Below are positions 31,700-42,947 of a stretch of 64,000 nt of DNA, piece by piece; the first letter of the stretch is position 1; each line of letters starts with the position of its first letter. Source of the stretch: Burkholderiales bacterium (lineage in GTDB: Bacteria > Pseudomonadota > Gammaproteobacteria > Burkholderiales > Ga0077523). Location of the stretch: contig JBBQHP010000002.1 of the NCBI GenBank assembly GCA_038324085.1, positions 110,443 through 174,442 on the forward strand, in the 5' to 3' direction. Position numbers and translations under genes: made by a program. The notes below the pieces were generated by a model. The model had not been told where the DNA came from, did no database searches, and worked only from the letters and a program-made list of their open reading frames with translations.

Positions 31700-34546
31700 A
31701 TGATCTCGACCATCCAATGGAAAGACGTCGGCACGCCGGTGCGCAAGTCTGAACGCCTGGTGGAACTCCGGGTGGACGGGATTGCCGTGAGCGTGCCGGA
31801 AGGTTCGTCGGTGATGCTCGCCGCGGCCGAGGCGGGAATTTCCATTCCCAGGCTGTGCGCCACCGACAGCATCGAACCTTTCGGTTCCTGCCGCCTGTGT
31901 CTGATCGAGATCGAAGGCCGCAAAGGCTATCCGGCGTCCTGCACGACGCCGGTCGCCGCAGGCATGGTGGTGCGCACCCAGACCGGAAAACTGGCCGACA
32001 TCCGCCGTGGCGTGATGGAGTTGTACATCTCGGATCATCCGCTCGACTGCCTGACCTGTTCCGCCAACGGCAACTGCGAACTGCAGGACATGGCCGGCGC
32101 CGTCGGCCTGCGCGAGGTGCGCTACGGCTACGAGGGCGCCAATCACCTGAAGGCCGAGAAGGACACGTCGAATCCGTACTTCACCTTCGATCCGTCGAAA
32201 TGCATCGTTTGCTCCCGCTGCGTGCGTGCCTGCGAGGAAACGCAAGGCACCTTCGCACTTACCATCGGTGGCCGCGGCTTCGAATCGAAGGTGTCGGCCG
32301 GCATGGACGAGCCGTTCATGGAATCCGAGTGCGTGAGCTGCGGCGCCTGCGTCCAGGCCTGTCCGACGGCAACGCTCATGGAGAAATCCGTGATCGACAA
32401 GGGCCAGCCGGAACACGGCGTAATCACGACCTGCGCCTATTGCGGCGTCGGCTGTTCCTTTCGTGCCGAGATGAAGGGCGCGGAACTGGTGCGGATGGTG
32501 CCGAACAAGGATGGCCACGCGAACCACGGTCATTCCTGTGTCAAGGGTCGCTTTGCCATCGGCTACGCCACGCACCCCGACCGCATCACCGCACCGATGA
32601 TCCGTGAGCGCATATCCGACCCCTGGAAAAAAGTTTCGTGGGAGGAAGCCATCGCCCATGCGGCTTCGGAATTCAAGCGCATCCAGGGCAAGTACGGTCG
32701 CGGAGCCGTCGGCGGCATCACTTCCTCGCGCTGCACGAACGAAGAAACCTATCTCGTGCAGAAGCTGGTCCGCGCCGCGTTCGGCAACAACAACGTCGAC
32801 ACCTGCGCGCGGGTGTGCCATTCGCCGACGGGCTACGGCCTCAAGGCGACGCTCGGCGAATCCGCCGGCACGCAGGATTTCGATTCGGTCATGAAATCGG
32901 ACGTGATTCTCGTGATCGGCGCCAATCCGACCGACGGCCACCCGGTGTTCGCGTCGCGCATGAAGGCGCGCCTGCGGGAAGGCGCAAAACTGATCGTGAT
33001 CGACCCGCGCACCATCGACATCGTGCGCACGCCCCACGTGGAAGCGTCGTACCACCTGAAGCTGCGCCCCGGCACCAACGTGGCCGTGGTCAACGCGCTG
33101 GCGCACACCGTCATCACCGAGGGGCTCGCGAACGACGCTTTCGTAGCGGAGCGCTGCGAGTCGCAGGCCTTCGCCAAGTGGAAGGCGTTCATCGCCGAAC
33201 AGCGCAATTCACCCGAGGCGCTGGAAGCGGAGACCGGCGTTCCCGCGGCCGAGGTTCGCGCGGCCGCGCGGTTGTTCGCCACCGGTGGCAACGCCGCGAT
33301 CTACTACGGCCTCGGCGTGACCGAGCACAGCCAGGGTTCGACGATGGTGATCGGCATCGCCAACCTGGCGATGGTCACGGGAAACATCGGGCGCGAAGGC
33401 GTTGGCGTCAATCCGCTGCGCGGCCAGAACAACGTGCAGGGTGCGTGCGACATGGGATCTTTTCCGCACGAACTGCCCGGCTATCGACACGTCTCCGACA
33501 CCTCGACGCGCACACTGTTCGAGAAGAACTGGGGGGTGCATCTCGACCCCGAGCCCGGCCTGCGCATCCCGAACATGCTCGATGCGGCGCTCGACGGCAG
33601 CTTCCGCGGTATCTACATCGAGGGCGAGGACATCGCCCAATCCGACCCCGACACGCAGCACGTAACCGCCGCGCTGGAAGCGATGGAATGCGTGGTGATC
33701 CAGGACCTGTTCCTGAACGAGACGGCCAAATACGCGCACGTATTCCTTCCCGGATCTTCGTTCCTGGAGAAGAACGGGACGTTCACCAATGCCGAGCGGC
33801 GCATTTCGCCCGTGCGCAAGGTGACGTCGCCGCTTGCCGGAAAAGAAGACTGGGAAGTGACCGTGATGCTGTCCGAAGCGCTCGGTTACCCCATGCCGTA
33901 CCGGCACCCCTCGGAAATCATGGACGAGATCGCCAGTCTCACCCCCACGTTCACGGGCGTGAACTACGCCAAGCTCGACGAACTGGGCAGCATCCAGTGG
34001 CCTTGCAACGAGCAGCATCCTGTCGGCACACCGGTCATGCACATCGACGAATTCGTGCGCGGCAAGGGTCGTTTCCTCATCACCGAATACGTGCCCACCG
34101 AAGAGCGCACCACCCGCAAGTACCCGCTGATCCTCACCACGGGGCGCATCCTGAGCCAGTACAACGTGGGTGCACAGACGCGTCGCACCGAGAACTCCCT
34201 GTGGCACGACGAGGACAGGCTCGAGATCCACCCGAGCGATGCCGAACTGCGTGGCATCAAGGAAGGCGAATGGGTGGGCGTGCGCAGTCGCGCCGGCGAA
34301 ACAGTGATGCGCGCCGTCGTGAGCGAGCGCATGCAGCCGGGCGTCGTCTACACGACCTTCCATTTCCCGGAATCGGGAGCGAACGTGATCACGACCGACA
34401 ACTCGGATTGGGCGACCAACTGCCCGGAGTACAAGGTGACGGCCGTGCAGGTCGAACCCGTGACCCAACCATCCGAGTGGCAGAAGCGCTTCCGCAGCTT
34501 CACCGACCAGCAGCTCGATCTGCTGGAAGTGGCAACCCAGGGCTGA
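31700..34546 (+). CDS. fdsA: NAD-dependent formate dehydrogenase alpha subunit (Mo-bisPGD, Cys type)
   Basis: 948 aa. N-terminal NuoG-like Fe-S domains followed by a molybdopterin domain with active-site CARVCHSPTG. The active-site residue is Cys and there is no in-frame TGA. Confidence 0.93.
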   Translation: MISTIQWKDVGTPVRKSERLVELRVDGIAVSVPEGSSVMLAAAEAGISIPRLCATDSIEPFGSCRLCLIEIEGRKGYPASCTTPVAAGMVVRTQTGKLADIRRGVMELYISDHPLDCLTCSANGNCELQDMAGAVGLREVRYGYEGANHLKAEKDTSNPYFTFDPSKCIVCSRCVRACEETQGTFALTIGGRGFESKVSAGMDEPFMESECVSCGACVQACPTATLMEKSVIDKGQPEHGVITTCAYCGVGCSFRAEMKGAELVRMVPNKDGHANHGHSCVKGRFAIGYATHPDRITAPMIRERISDPWKKVSWEEAIAHAASEFKRIQGKYGRGAVGGITSSRCTNEETYLVQKLVRAAFGNNNVDTCARVCHSPTGYGLKATLGESAGTQDFDSVMKSDVILVIGANPTDGHPVFASRMKARLREGAKLIVIDPRTIDIVRTPHVEASYHLKLRPGTNVAVVNALAHTVITEGLANDAFVAERCESQAFAKWKAFIAEQRNSPEALEAETGVPAAEVRAAARLFATGGNAAIYYGLGVTEHSQGSTMVIGIANLAMVTGNIGREGVGVNPLRGQNNVQGACDMGSFPHELPGYRHVSDTSTRTLFEKNWGVHLDPEPGLRIPNMLDAALDGSFRGIYIEGEDIAQSDPDTQHVTAALEAMECVVIQDLFLNETAKYAHVFLPGSSFLEKNGTFTNAERRISPVRKVTSPLAGKEDWEVTVMLSEALGYPMPYRHPSEIMDEIASLTPTFTGVNYAKLDELGSIQWPCNEQHPVGTPVMHIDEFVRGKGRFLITEYVPTEERTTRKYPLILTTGRILSQYNVGAQTRRTENSLWHDEDRLEIHPSDAELRGIKEGEWVGVRSRAGETVMRAVVSERMQPGVVYTTFHFPESGANVITTDNSDWATNCPEYKVTAVQVEPVTQPSEWQKRFRSFTDQQLDLLEVATQG

Positions 34547-34551
34547 GCCTC

Positions 34552-35370
34552 GTGAGCGATCGTGGACTGGCCGGCCTCGGCGCGGCCCACGTCGAGGTCG
34601 AGGTGGGCCGCTGGCGGTCGGGCCGCCTGGAGCGCGCATGCGAGGAAGTCGCGGAGGAAGTTCCGGTCGCATTCGTGTACAACGGCGTGCCCTTCGCGGT
34701 GATGCTCGCTTCTCCGCTGGACCTCGAGGATTTCGCGCTGGGGTTCAGTTTGACCGAAGGCATCATCGAGTCGGCCGCCGAATTCGGCGCGGTCGAGGTC
34801 GTTCCCGAGAGCGCCGGATTCTCGGTCCACGTGAGCGTGCCGAAGCGGCGCTCGGCCGCGCTCGGCAAACGTCGCCGCAGTCTCGCCGGCCGGACCGGCT
34901 GCGGACTCTGCGGCCAGCAGATGCTCGAGGACGCATTGCGCCCGGCACCCGCCGTCATGGAGAAGACGTTTTCGGCGCCTGCCGTGCAGCGCGCGCTGGC
35001 GCGACTCGCCGGAGGCCAGCAGCTCAACATGCTCACCGGTGCAGTGCACGCTGCGGCGTGGTCCGACGCCGCTGGCGAAGTCCGCCTGCTGCGTGAGGAC
35101 GTGGGGCGCCACAACGCGCTCGACAAGCTGATCGGCGCCCTCGTCCGCGGTGATGTCGCGGCGGCCTCGGGTTTCGTCGTCGTGACCAGCCGCGCCAGTT
35201 ACGAGATGGTGCACAAGACGGCGATGGCGGGTGTGTCGATGCTTGCCGCGGTCTCGGCCCCGACGGCGCTCGCGATCCGCCAGGCCGAGGCGGCGAACCT
35301 GATCCTGATCGGCTTCACCCGCGAAGGCCGCCAGACGATCTATACCCACGCATCGCGCTTGCAGGACTGA
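34552..35370 (+). CDS. fdhD: Formate dehydrogenase accessory sulfurtransferase FdhD (FdsC)
   Basis: GTG at 34552 within the spurious 910-aa ORF. Contains VAFVYNGVPFAVMLASP..DLEDFALGF, GCGLCG and DVGRHNALDKL motifs. Confidence 0.88.
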   Translation: MSDRGLAGLGAAHVEVEVGRWRSGRLERACEEVAEEVPVAFVYNGVPFAVMLASPLDLEDFALGFSLTEGIIESAAEFGAVEVVPESAGFSVHVSVPKRRSAALGKRRRSLAGRTGCGLCGQQMLEDALRPAPAVMEKTFSAPAVQRALARLAGGQQLNMLTGAVHAAAWSDAAGEVRLLREDVGRHNALDKLIGALVRGDVAAASGFVVVTSRASYEMVHKTAMAGVSMLAAVSAPTALAIRQAEAANLILIGFTREGRQTIYTHASRLQD

Positions 35371-35378
35371 ACGTAGCC

Positions 35379-35612
35379 ATGGACATCGAACGGCTGGTCA
35401 AGATGGTCAACGACATCTCGCGCTTCTATCAGTCCGAGCCGGATCATGAAGAAGCGGTCAGGGGCGTGCTGGGTCATATCCGGCGGTTCTGGGATCCGCG
35501 GATGCGCAGGGAACTGGCGGCTCATGTGGCGTCGGGCGGGGCGGGATTGACGACGCTGGGGCTGGAAGCGGCCAGGCAGCTGCCGGCGGCAGACCCGGCA
35601 GCGCAGGCATAG
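35379..35612 (+). CDS. fdsD: Formate dehydrogenase delta subunit FdsD
   Basis: 77 aa. LVKMVNDISRFYQSEPD...HIRRFWDPRMR matches the FdsD family. Last gene of the fds operon. Confidence 0.85.
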   Translation: MDIERLVKMVNDISRFYQSEPDHEEAVRGVLGHIRRFWDPRMRRELAAHVASGGAGLTTLGLEAARQLPAADPAAQA

Positions 35613-35640
35613 CGCCAAGCGCCCGGCGGGTGCATCGTCA

Positions 35641-37311
35641 CTATTCGCGCCAGTCCACCGGACCGAAGTCGCTGCCGCCCAGATACGTGTAGAAGATGCC
35701 CAGCGTCCCGCTGCTCTGGGTCTTGTCGCCGAATGCGGCGGACGACGAATCCCGGCGCGAGTAGAGGTAGCGCAGCGACACTGCATGCCGGGTATGAATC
35801 CGATAAGTCACTGCCGCGTCGGTGCGGTAGATGTTGTCCTTTCCCGAGGCACTCTGGTTGACACCACCGACGTCGCTCACGAAATAGGCTCGCGTGGTCG
35901 TGTCGATCGACACGCGGTCGCCCAGGATCAGCCGCAGTGCGACGAGCGCCTGCGGCGCGACGCCGTAATGGTGGTCGTTGTCAGCGGTGCCGTTGATCGA
36001 GCCGACCGCGGCGTAACCGGCACCCGCAAGCGCGCTGCCCTGCAGTGCGATGCCTTGGGACAGCCACCATTGCGCAGTCGTGCCCAATGACAATGCGGTG
36101 CTGGAAATCCTGAAGGTCTGCGGCTCGATATAGTCGTAGCTGCCGTACAGGCCCCAGACGCCGCGATAGTTCTTGCCGACGTCGTAGTCGGTCCCGACCA
36201 GCAACCCGCGCGTCATCAGGTTCTCGAAGCCGTTGGCGCTGGATACCGTCGCCTTGAAGACGAAATGATCGAATGGCCGTCGATACTGGTAGTCCGGGTC
36301 ACCGGGCAGGCCGTAGTCGAGCGAGAAATCCGCCAGCGCTTCCGTGCGCTTGATGCTGTCGATCGCCGATCCGAGCTCGTCGTCGTTGGTTAGCGTGCTC
36401 ACGCCCACGGATAGCAGTCCATAGTAGGGCGCATCGTTGCTCGGATAAGGCGCATCGAAGCGGTCGCCGTACGCGAGCCGATTGAAACCCGTGGCCGGCG
36501 AGATCGCGGCTGCCGCGAGCTCGCGCCAGAGCGGCTTCATGGTCGATTGCTCGAGCACCAGATTGGACATCCGGAACAACGATTCACCGAGAAAGCTGCC
36601 GCCGAAACTGGTTGTGATCTGATCGTTGAGCGATGGCGGCGTGGTCTCGCCGGCGATCTCCCAGAATGCGCTTCCCGCGAAAGTGTAGCCGAGGGATTCC
36701 CAGTAGTTGAGGCCCGCCGACCGGGCGAAACCGTGGTACATCGAACCCTGGTAAGGATGGCCCAGCTGGTTGGTCACGAACGGGTCGTTGTCGACGCGCC
36801 AGCTGCTTTGCAGGTTGCGCCGGATCGAAGCTGCGTTGCTCTTGTATTCGTCGCCGATGACGCTGCGATTGAACGCGTTCAGCAGCAGATCGAAACCGAG
36901 GATGTCGGCCGCGGGAATCCAGTAACTCTTGCGCGCCTCGATGGCGGCGGCGCTGCTTGTGGAGCCGGCGGCCGACAGGGCGGGCGGCGTCGAATCCTGT
37001 TGCAGGGCGAGCACCAGTCGATGACGCCTGCGGGCCTCGATATCCGCGGGAAAGTCGACCGTCGGATCGACGGGATACGCGGGATCGGACCCCTGCACAG
37101 GAGCGGGCGGGATGGTGGGAAGTGCCATCGAGGGCAGCGGATCGGCGCGCGCCGCGACGAAAGCAACCACGCCAAGCGCGCAGGCTAGGCTCGACGGAAT
37201 GATCCGAAGACATGCGAGTGTTCCCAATCCGCCCGCTCCCCACGTGCCGTTGCCGATGTGGTGGGAGGCTAGCGCCACCTGCAGGGAATTTCCGTGCGGT
37301 GACCAACACAC
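35641..37311 (-). CDS. DUF3943 domain protein with a beta-barrel-like C-terminal half (putative outer-membrane protein)
   Basis: NDPFVTNQLGHPYQGSMYHGFARSAGLNYWES resembles DUF3943. The C-terminus has alternating-residue strands ending in GIFYTYLGG...W. The N-terminus and start are uncertain: a hydrophobic ACALGVVAFVAARA segment lies about 40 aa in. Confidence 0.65.
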   Translation of the reverse strand: MCWSPHGNSLQVALASHHIGNGTWGAGGLGTLACLRIIPSSLACALGVVAFVAARADPLPSMALPTIPPAPVQGSDPAYPVDPTVDFPADIEARRRHRLVLALQQDSTPPALSAAGSTSSAAAIEARKSYWIPAADILGFDLLLNAFNRSVIGDEYKSNAASIRRNLQSSWRVDNDPFVTNQLGHPYQGSMYHGFARSAGLNYWESLGYTFAGSAFWEIAGETTPPSLNDQITTSFGGSFLGESLFRMSNLVLEQSTMKPLWRELAAAAISPATGFNRLAYGDRFDAPYPSNDAPYYGLLSVGVSTLTNDDELGSAIDSIKRTEALADFSLDYGLPGDPDYQYRRPFDHFVFKATVSSANGFENLMTRGLLVGTDYDVGKNYRGVWGLYGSYDYIEPQTFRISSTALSLGTTAQWWLSQGIALQGSALAGAGYAAVGSINGTADNDHHYGVAPQALVALRLILGDRVSIDTTTRAYFVSDVGGVNQSASGKDNIYRTDAAVTYRIHTRHAVSLRYLYSRRDSSSAAFGDKTQSSGTLGIFYTYLGGSDFGPVDWRE

Positions 37312-37469
37312 TGCCGCGATACCGACGTCGGCGGCTGTTGCATCATGCCGTCGTCAATGCACGCTGAGCGCTGAAGGCATCGTGCGCAAGCGGCCCGATT
37401 TTCCGCACCTGCCGGCAAGGCGCATCCGCGCTGCGGCCGGCAGTGCAAACGTGCAACGGTGCAGACAGC

Positions 37470-37508
37470 GAAAAGTCAGGCGCCGCGGCCGGATGCGGGG
37501 GCGGCGCC
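37470..37508 (-). terminator. Rho-independent terminator candidate downstream of the rhodanese gene
   Basis: On the minus strand, stem GGCGCCGC / GCGGCGCC (8 bp) with a 14-nt loop, followed by TGACTTTTCG. Starts 8 nt after the stop codon. Confidence 0.45.
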
Positions 37509-37515
37509 CGCCCGG

Positions 37516-38124
37516 TTATTTGGGGAAGTACATCTTTTCCTGGACGAGCTTGTAGCTCCAGGGAAGTCCCGCGTTCTTCCATCCGTTGACGTCGCGACGT
37601 CCGTCCTTGCCCATGTCGCCCTCGAATCCGTCGACCACGGAATAGACGTGCGTGAAGCCATCCTCCGCCAGCCGATCGGCGCCGCGACTGCTGCGATCAC
37701 CGGATCTGCAGATCAGGATGACCGGGTCGTCCTTGGACAGGCCCTTCGCCTGCAGGCGCCGATTCATCTCGGGCACGAAATCCTGAAACGGCTCGAGGCG
37801 ATAGATGTGGCGCTTCGGATCCCAGTCGGTCATGAATTCCGAATGCTCCACGTAGGGCACGAGCGCGTCGACGGGAGTCGCCATGCCGACATACATCGCT
37901 TCGGAACGCGTGCGGACGTCGACGAAAAGCACATTGTTGCTGTCGTGCTGTTCGATGAACGAGGGCACGTCCTTCGCTTCGAGATACAGGCCCGCATGGG
38001 TGCGCTTGGGCTCGGGCAGATCGGCTGACGTGATCGCGAGTGCATTCAGGGGCAGGGCAACGGCGGCGAGCGCGAGCGCCGCGGTCGCGACGACATGACG
38101 CAATTGTGTCGGGAAGTTCTTCAT
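37516..38124 (-). CDS. Rhodanese-like sulfurtransferase domain protein, secreted (signal peptide)
   Basis: ATG at 38124. Signal peptide MKNFPTQLRHVVATAALALAAVALPLNALA. Rhodanese fold with FVDVRT and active-site loop CRSGDRS. Confidence 0.8.
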   Translation of the reverse strand: MKNFPTQLRHVVATAALALAAVALPLNALAITSADLPEPKRTHAGLYLEAKDVPSFIEQHDSNNVLFVDVRTRSEAMYVGMATPVDALVPYVEHSEFMTDWDPKRHIYRLEPFQDFVPEMNRRLQAKGLSKDDPVILICRSGDRSSRGADRLAEDGFTHVYSVVDGFEGDMGKDGRRDVNGWKNAGLPWSYKLVQEKMYFPK

Positions 38125-38315
38125 GGCTGCATTCCTCTGAGTCGGGTTCTCATGGGATTGGTCAGTGCAACGTGCTGCCGCGAGCGGCACGTCGTACCCG
38201 ATCATATACTTCCCTCGACCGATAGTGCGATCCGTTGCGAAACGGCCACGATCCGTACATCCCGCGACCACGCCGGACAGCACACAGGCCGGGATCGATG
38301 CGTGCAGGCGTGGGG

Positions 38316-38344
38316 CTGACCCGCCGGGGCAGAAGGCATAGAAT
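38316..38344 (+). promoter_or_regulatory. Possible sigma70 promoter (CTGACC-N17-TAGAAT) for the N-ATPase operon
   Basis: Hexamers and spacing read from the sequence, about 160 nt upstream of the atpD start. Weak evidence only. Confidence 0.25.
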
Positions 38345-38472
38345 CACCCGGCTCGCGCTATGTTCGACATCGTACAGAGCGCGTGGGCTGCGGCAGCTAC
38401 CTTCGCCAGGCCCATCCTGGCTGCGACCATTGCGCATGAACCATTTCCAGTTCGACAGTTTTCCGGCGCTGA

Positions 38473-40397
<1,925 letters not shown>

Positions 40398-40405
<8 letters not shown>

Positions 40406-40745
40406 ACCACGGGCCCCGCAGGGCGGTCGGCATCCGAACCGCAGCCCCGGCCTGGCCGATCAGATCGGGGTAAAGGCCGCGCGCAAACTCCGCGCGAGAC
40501 GTGACGTCACGCCAGGGGTCTGGTTCGGATTGGGGATGATGGGGCTGGTGGGCTGGTCGGTGGTCGTCCCGACCTTGGCCGGCGCCGCGCTCGGCCTTTG
40601 GCTCGATGGACGCCACGTGGGAACGCATTCCTGGACCTTGGCCTTGCTGATGGCGGGCCTGACCCTCGGTTGTCTGAATGCCTGGCATTGGGTTACGCGC
40701 GAGGACCGGGCGATGCACGAGGAGCATGGCAACGATGATGACTGA
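40398..40745 (+). CDS. atpQ: AtpQ (AtpZ/AtpI-like, ATPase_gene1 family) small membrane protein of N-ATPase operons
   Basis: GTG start overlapping the atpC end. Two TM helices with GLVGWSVVVPTLAGAALGLWLD, typical of the putative F0F1-ATPase subunit family. Confidence 0.75.
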
Positions 40746-41076
40746 TGCGCTTGCCCGTTTGGCGGAGCAGCCGGCGGCCCACCTGTTGAGCGTCCTGGCC
40801 GGCGTGATGCTGGGAACGCTCTTCTACGGTGGACTCTGGTGGACGGTACGTCGTGCGGCCACATTCGGGCGACCGGCACTCTCGGTCCTCGGTAGTGCGC
40901 TGCTGCGCATGAGCGTGGCACTCGGCGGCTTCTACCTGGTCGGCCGGGGTGACTGGCTGCGCCTGCTGCTATGCCTGCTGGGTTTCATGCTCGCCCGCGC
41001 GGTCGTGACCTGGCTCACACGCCTGCCTGCAACCGGGCATGCGCGCACCGGAGGAGGACATCGCCATGCGCCTTAG
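40726..41076 (+). CDS. atpR: AtpR, N-ATPase-specific membrane subunit
   Basis: ATG at 40726 with SD GAGGAG. About 116 aa with three hydrophobic spans and intramembrane Arg residues (WWTVRRAA). Its position between atpQ and atpB is diagnostic. Confidence 0.7.
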   Translation: MATMMTDALARLAEQPAAHLLSVLAGVMLGTLFYGGLWWTVRRAATFGRPALSVLGSALLRMSVALGGFYLVGRGDWLRLLLCLLGFMLARAVVTWLTRLPATGHARTGGGHRHAP

Positions 41077-41785
41077 CCCGGACGAACTGATCTATTGGCA
41101 GTCCGGGTTCTTCAAACTCAATGCGACGATCGTTTTCACCTGGGTGCTGATGCTGGTGCTGAGCCTCGGGTCGGCCTTGATCACGCGCCGGCTCGCCTCG
41201 GGCCGTGAACTCTCGCGCTGGCAGTGCATGCTGGAAATCATCGTGACCGGGATGCTCAAGCAGATCGAGGACGTGGGCCTCCGCAAACCGCGGAAGTATC
41301 TGAGCTTTCTGGGCACGCTGTTCCTGTTCGTGGCCGCTTCCAGCCTGTGCACCGTGATCCCGGGATTCGAAGTGCCGACCGGATCGCTGTCGACCACGGC
41401 GGCGCTGGCGGCGTGCGTGTTCGTCGCGGTGCCGATCTTCGGTATCGCACAGCAGGGGTTCGGTGGTTACCTGAAGACCTACCTTCATCCCACGGTATTG
41501 ATGTTGCCGTTCAACCTGATCAGCGAGTTGTCGCGGACGCTGGCTCTGGCAGTCCGCCTGTTCGGCAACATGATGAGCGGGGCGATGATCATTGCCATCC
41601 TGCTGTCGATCACGCCATTCGTTTTTCCCGTCGTGATGACGCTGCTCGGGTTGCTGACCGGGATGGTGCAGGCCTATATCTTCAGCATCCTCGCGGCCGT
41701 CTATATCGCTGCCGCTACACGCGTCAGCAAGACCGGTTCCGATTCCGATGCGCAGCGAACCTCGCGGCCAGCCGGCGCCGAATGA
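41066..41785 (+). CDS. atpB: N-type ATPase Fo a subunit
   Basis: ATG at 41066 with SD GGAGGA. Contains the conserved LSRTLALAVRLFGNMMSG (essential Arg) motif. Confidence 0.88.
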   Translation: MRLSPDELIYWQSGFFKLNATIVFTWVLMLVLSLGSALITRRLASGRELSRWQCMLEIIVTGMLKQIEDVGLRKPRKYLSFLGTLFLFVAASSLCTVIPGFEVPTGSLSTTAALAACVFVAVPIFGIAQQGFGGYLKTYLHPTVLMLPFNLISELSRTLALAVRLFGNMMSGAMIIAILLSITPFVFPVVMTLLGLLTGMVQAYIFSILAAVYIAAATRVSKTGSDSDAQRTSRPAGAE

Positions 41786-41816
41786 TCGATACTCTCCAAA
41801 CCACTGGAAGGCACCC

Positions 41817-42107
41817 ATGGATAGCGTGACACTCATAGCAATAGCCTCGATCGTCATCGCCGGCGTCACCACCGGCTTCGGGACGATGGGTCCGGCGCTC
41901 GCCGAGGGTCGGGCAGTTGCGACTGCCTTGACCGCGCTCGCGCAGCAGCCGGACGCATCGGCGACCATCACCCGGACGTTGTTCGTCGGACTGGCGATGA
42001 TCGAGTCCACCGCGATCTATTGCTTCGTGGTGTCGATGATCCTGATCTTTGCAAACCCGTTCTGGAACGCAGCGATTGCCCAGGTCGGTGCCGCTGCCGG
42101 AAAGTAG
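41817..42107 (+). CDS. atpE: N-type ATPase Fo c subunit
   Basis: ATG at 41817, 96 aa. Helix 1 has GPALAEG and helix 2 has LAMIESTAIY, giving E30, E63, S64, T65 and Y68. Confidence 0.9.
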   Translation: MDSVTLIAIASIVIAGVTTGFGTMGPALAEGRAVATALTALAQQPDASATITRTLFVGLAMIESTAIYCFVVSMILIFANPFWNAAIAQVGAAAGK

Positions 42108-42110
42108 GCC

Positions 42111-42947
42111 ATGCTGATCGACTGGTTCACCTTCGGTGCGCAGGCGCTCAACTTCGTCATCCTGGTCTGGTTGATGAAACGTTTCCTCTACCGACCCATA
42201 ATCGACGCGATCGATGCGCGCGAAAAGCGGATCGACGCCGAACTCGCCGCTGCCGATCGCAAGGCGGCCGAAGCCAGGAACGACAGCGAGGAGTTCGAGC
42301 GCAAGAGTGCTGCCTTCGAGCGCGAGCGCGCCGACCTGCTCTCCAAGGCGACGAATGACGCCCGGACCGAGCGCCAGCGCCTGCTGGCCGGGGCGCGCGA
42401 TGCGGCCGACGCCCTGGCGGTCGCACGCCGGGAGTCGATGGCGAACGATGCGAAGAACCTGAACCAGGCGCTGCGCCAGCGCGCACAGGCCGAAGTCTTT
42501 GCGGTTGCTCGCAAGACGCTGGCCGATCTGGCGACGACGAGCTTCGAAACCAGTGCGTGCGCGGTGTTCATCGAGCGCCTGCGAGCCCTGGACGGGTCGG
42601 CCCGGGATGATCTTGCGAACGCGCTCCGGGCTGCCGCCGGGACAGCGCTCTTGCGCAGCGCCTTCGAGCTCCCGATGGCCCAACGAACGGCCGTGCACGA
42701 TGCGATCGACGAGATCTTCGCGCTGCAGTTGGAATTGCGCTACGAGACCACACCGGATCTGGTGGCCGGGATCGAACTCAGCGCGCACGGGCAAAAATTC
42801 GCGTGGAGCATCGACGACTACCTCGCATCCCTGGAACGCGGCGTCGATGAACTGCTCAAGGCACCAGCCGCCACGCCGGTCGCGGCGCCGGTCACGGTCA
42901 CGAAGGAAAGTGCAGGGAAGGCGGTCATGGAACCGGGTCGCGCTTGA
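42111..42947 (+). CDS. atpF: N-type ATPase Fo b subunit (long b/delta-like form; no separate delta gene)
   Basis: 278 aa. N-terminal TM helix [17 protein letters not shown] followed by a long charged coiled coil and an extra C-terminal domain. Confidence 0.8.
   Translation: MLIDWFTFGAQALNFVILVWLMKRFLYRPIIDAIDAREKRIDAELAAADRKAAEARNDSEEFERKSAAFERERADLLSKATNDARTERQRLLAGARDAADALAVARRESMANDAKNLNQALRQRAQAEVFAVARKTLADLATTSFETSACAVFIERLRALDGSARDDLANALRAAAGTALLRSAFELPMAQRTAVHDAIDEIFALQLELRYETTPDLVAGIELSAHGQKFAWSIDDYLASLERGVDELLKAPAATPVAAPVTVTKESAGKAVMEPGRA

Noticed and set aside
32800-32830. Possible selenocysteine (in-frame TGA) at the FdsA active site
   Set aside because: The active-site motif reads CARVCHSPTG with an ordinary Cys codon, and the 948-codon frame is uninterrupted. 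No recoding is needed.
32638-35370. 910-aa plus-strand ORF overlapping fdsA in another frame
   Set aside because: Only the terminal 272 codons (fdhD from GTG 34552) carry FdhD motifs. The rest overlaps the well-supported fdsA frame and is Arg-rich nonsense.
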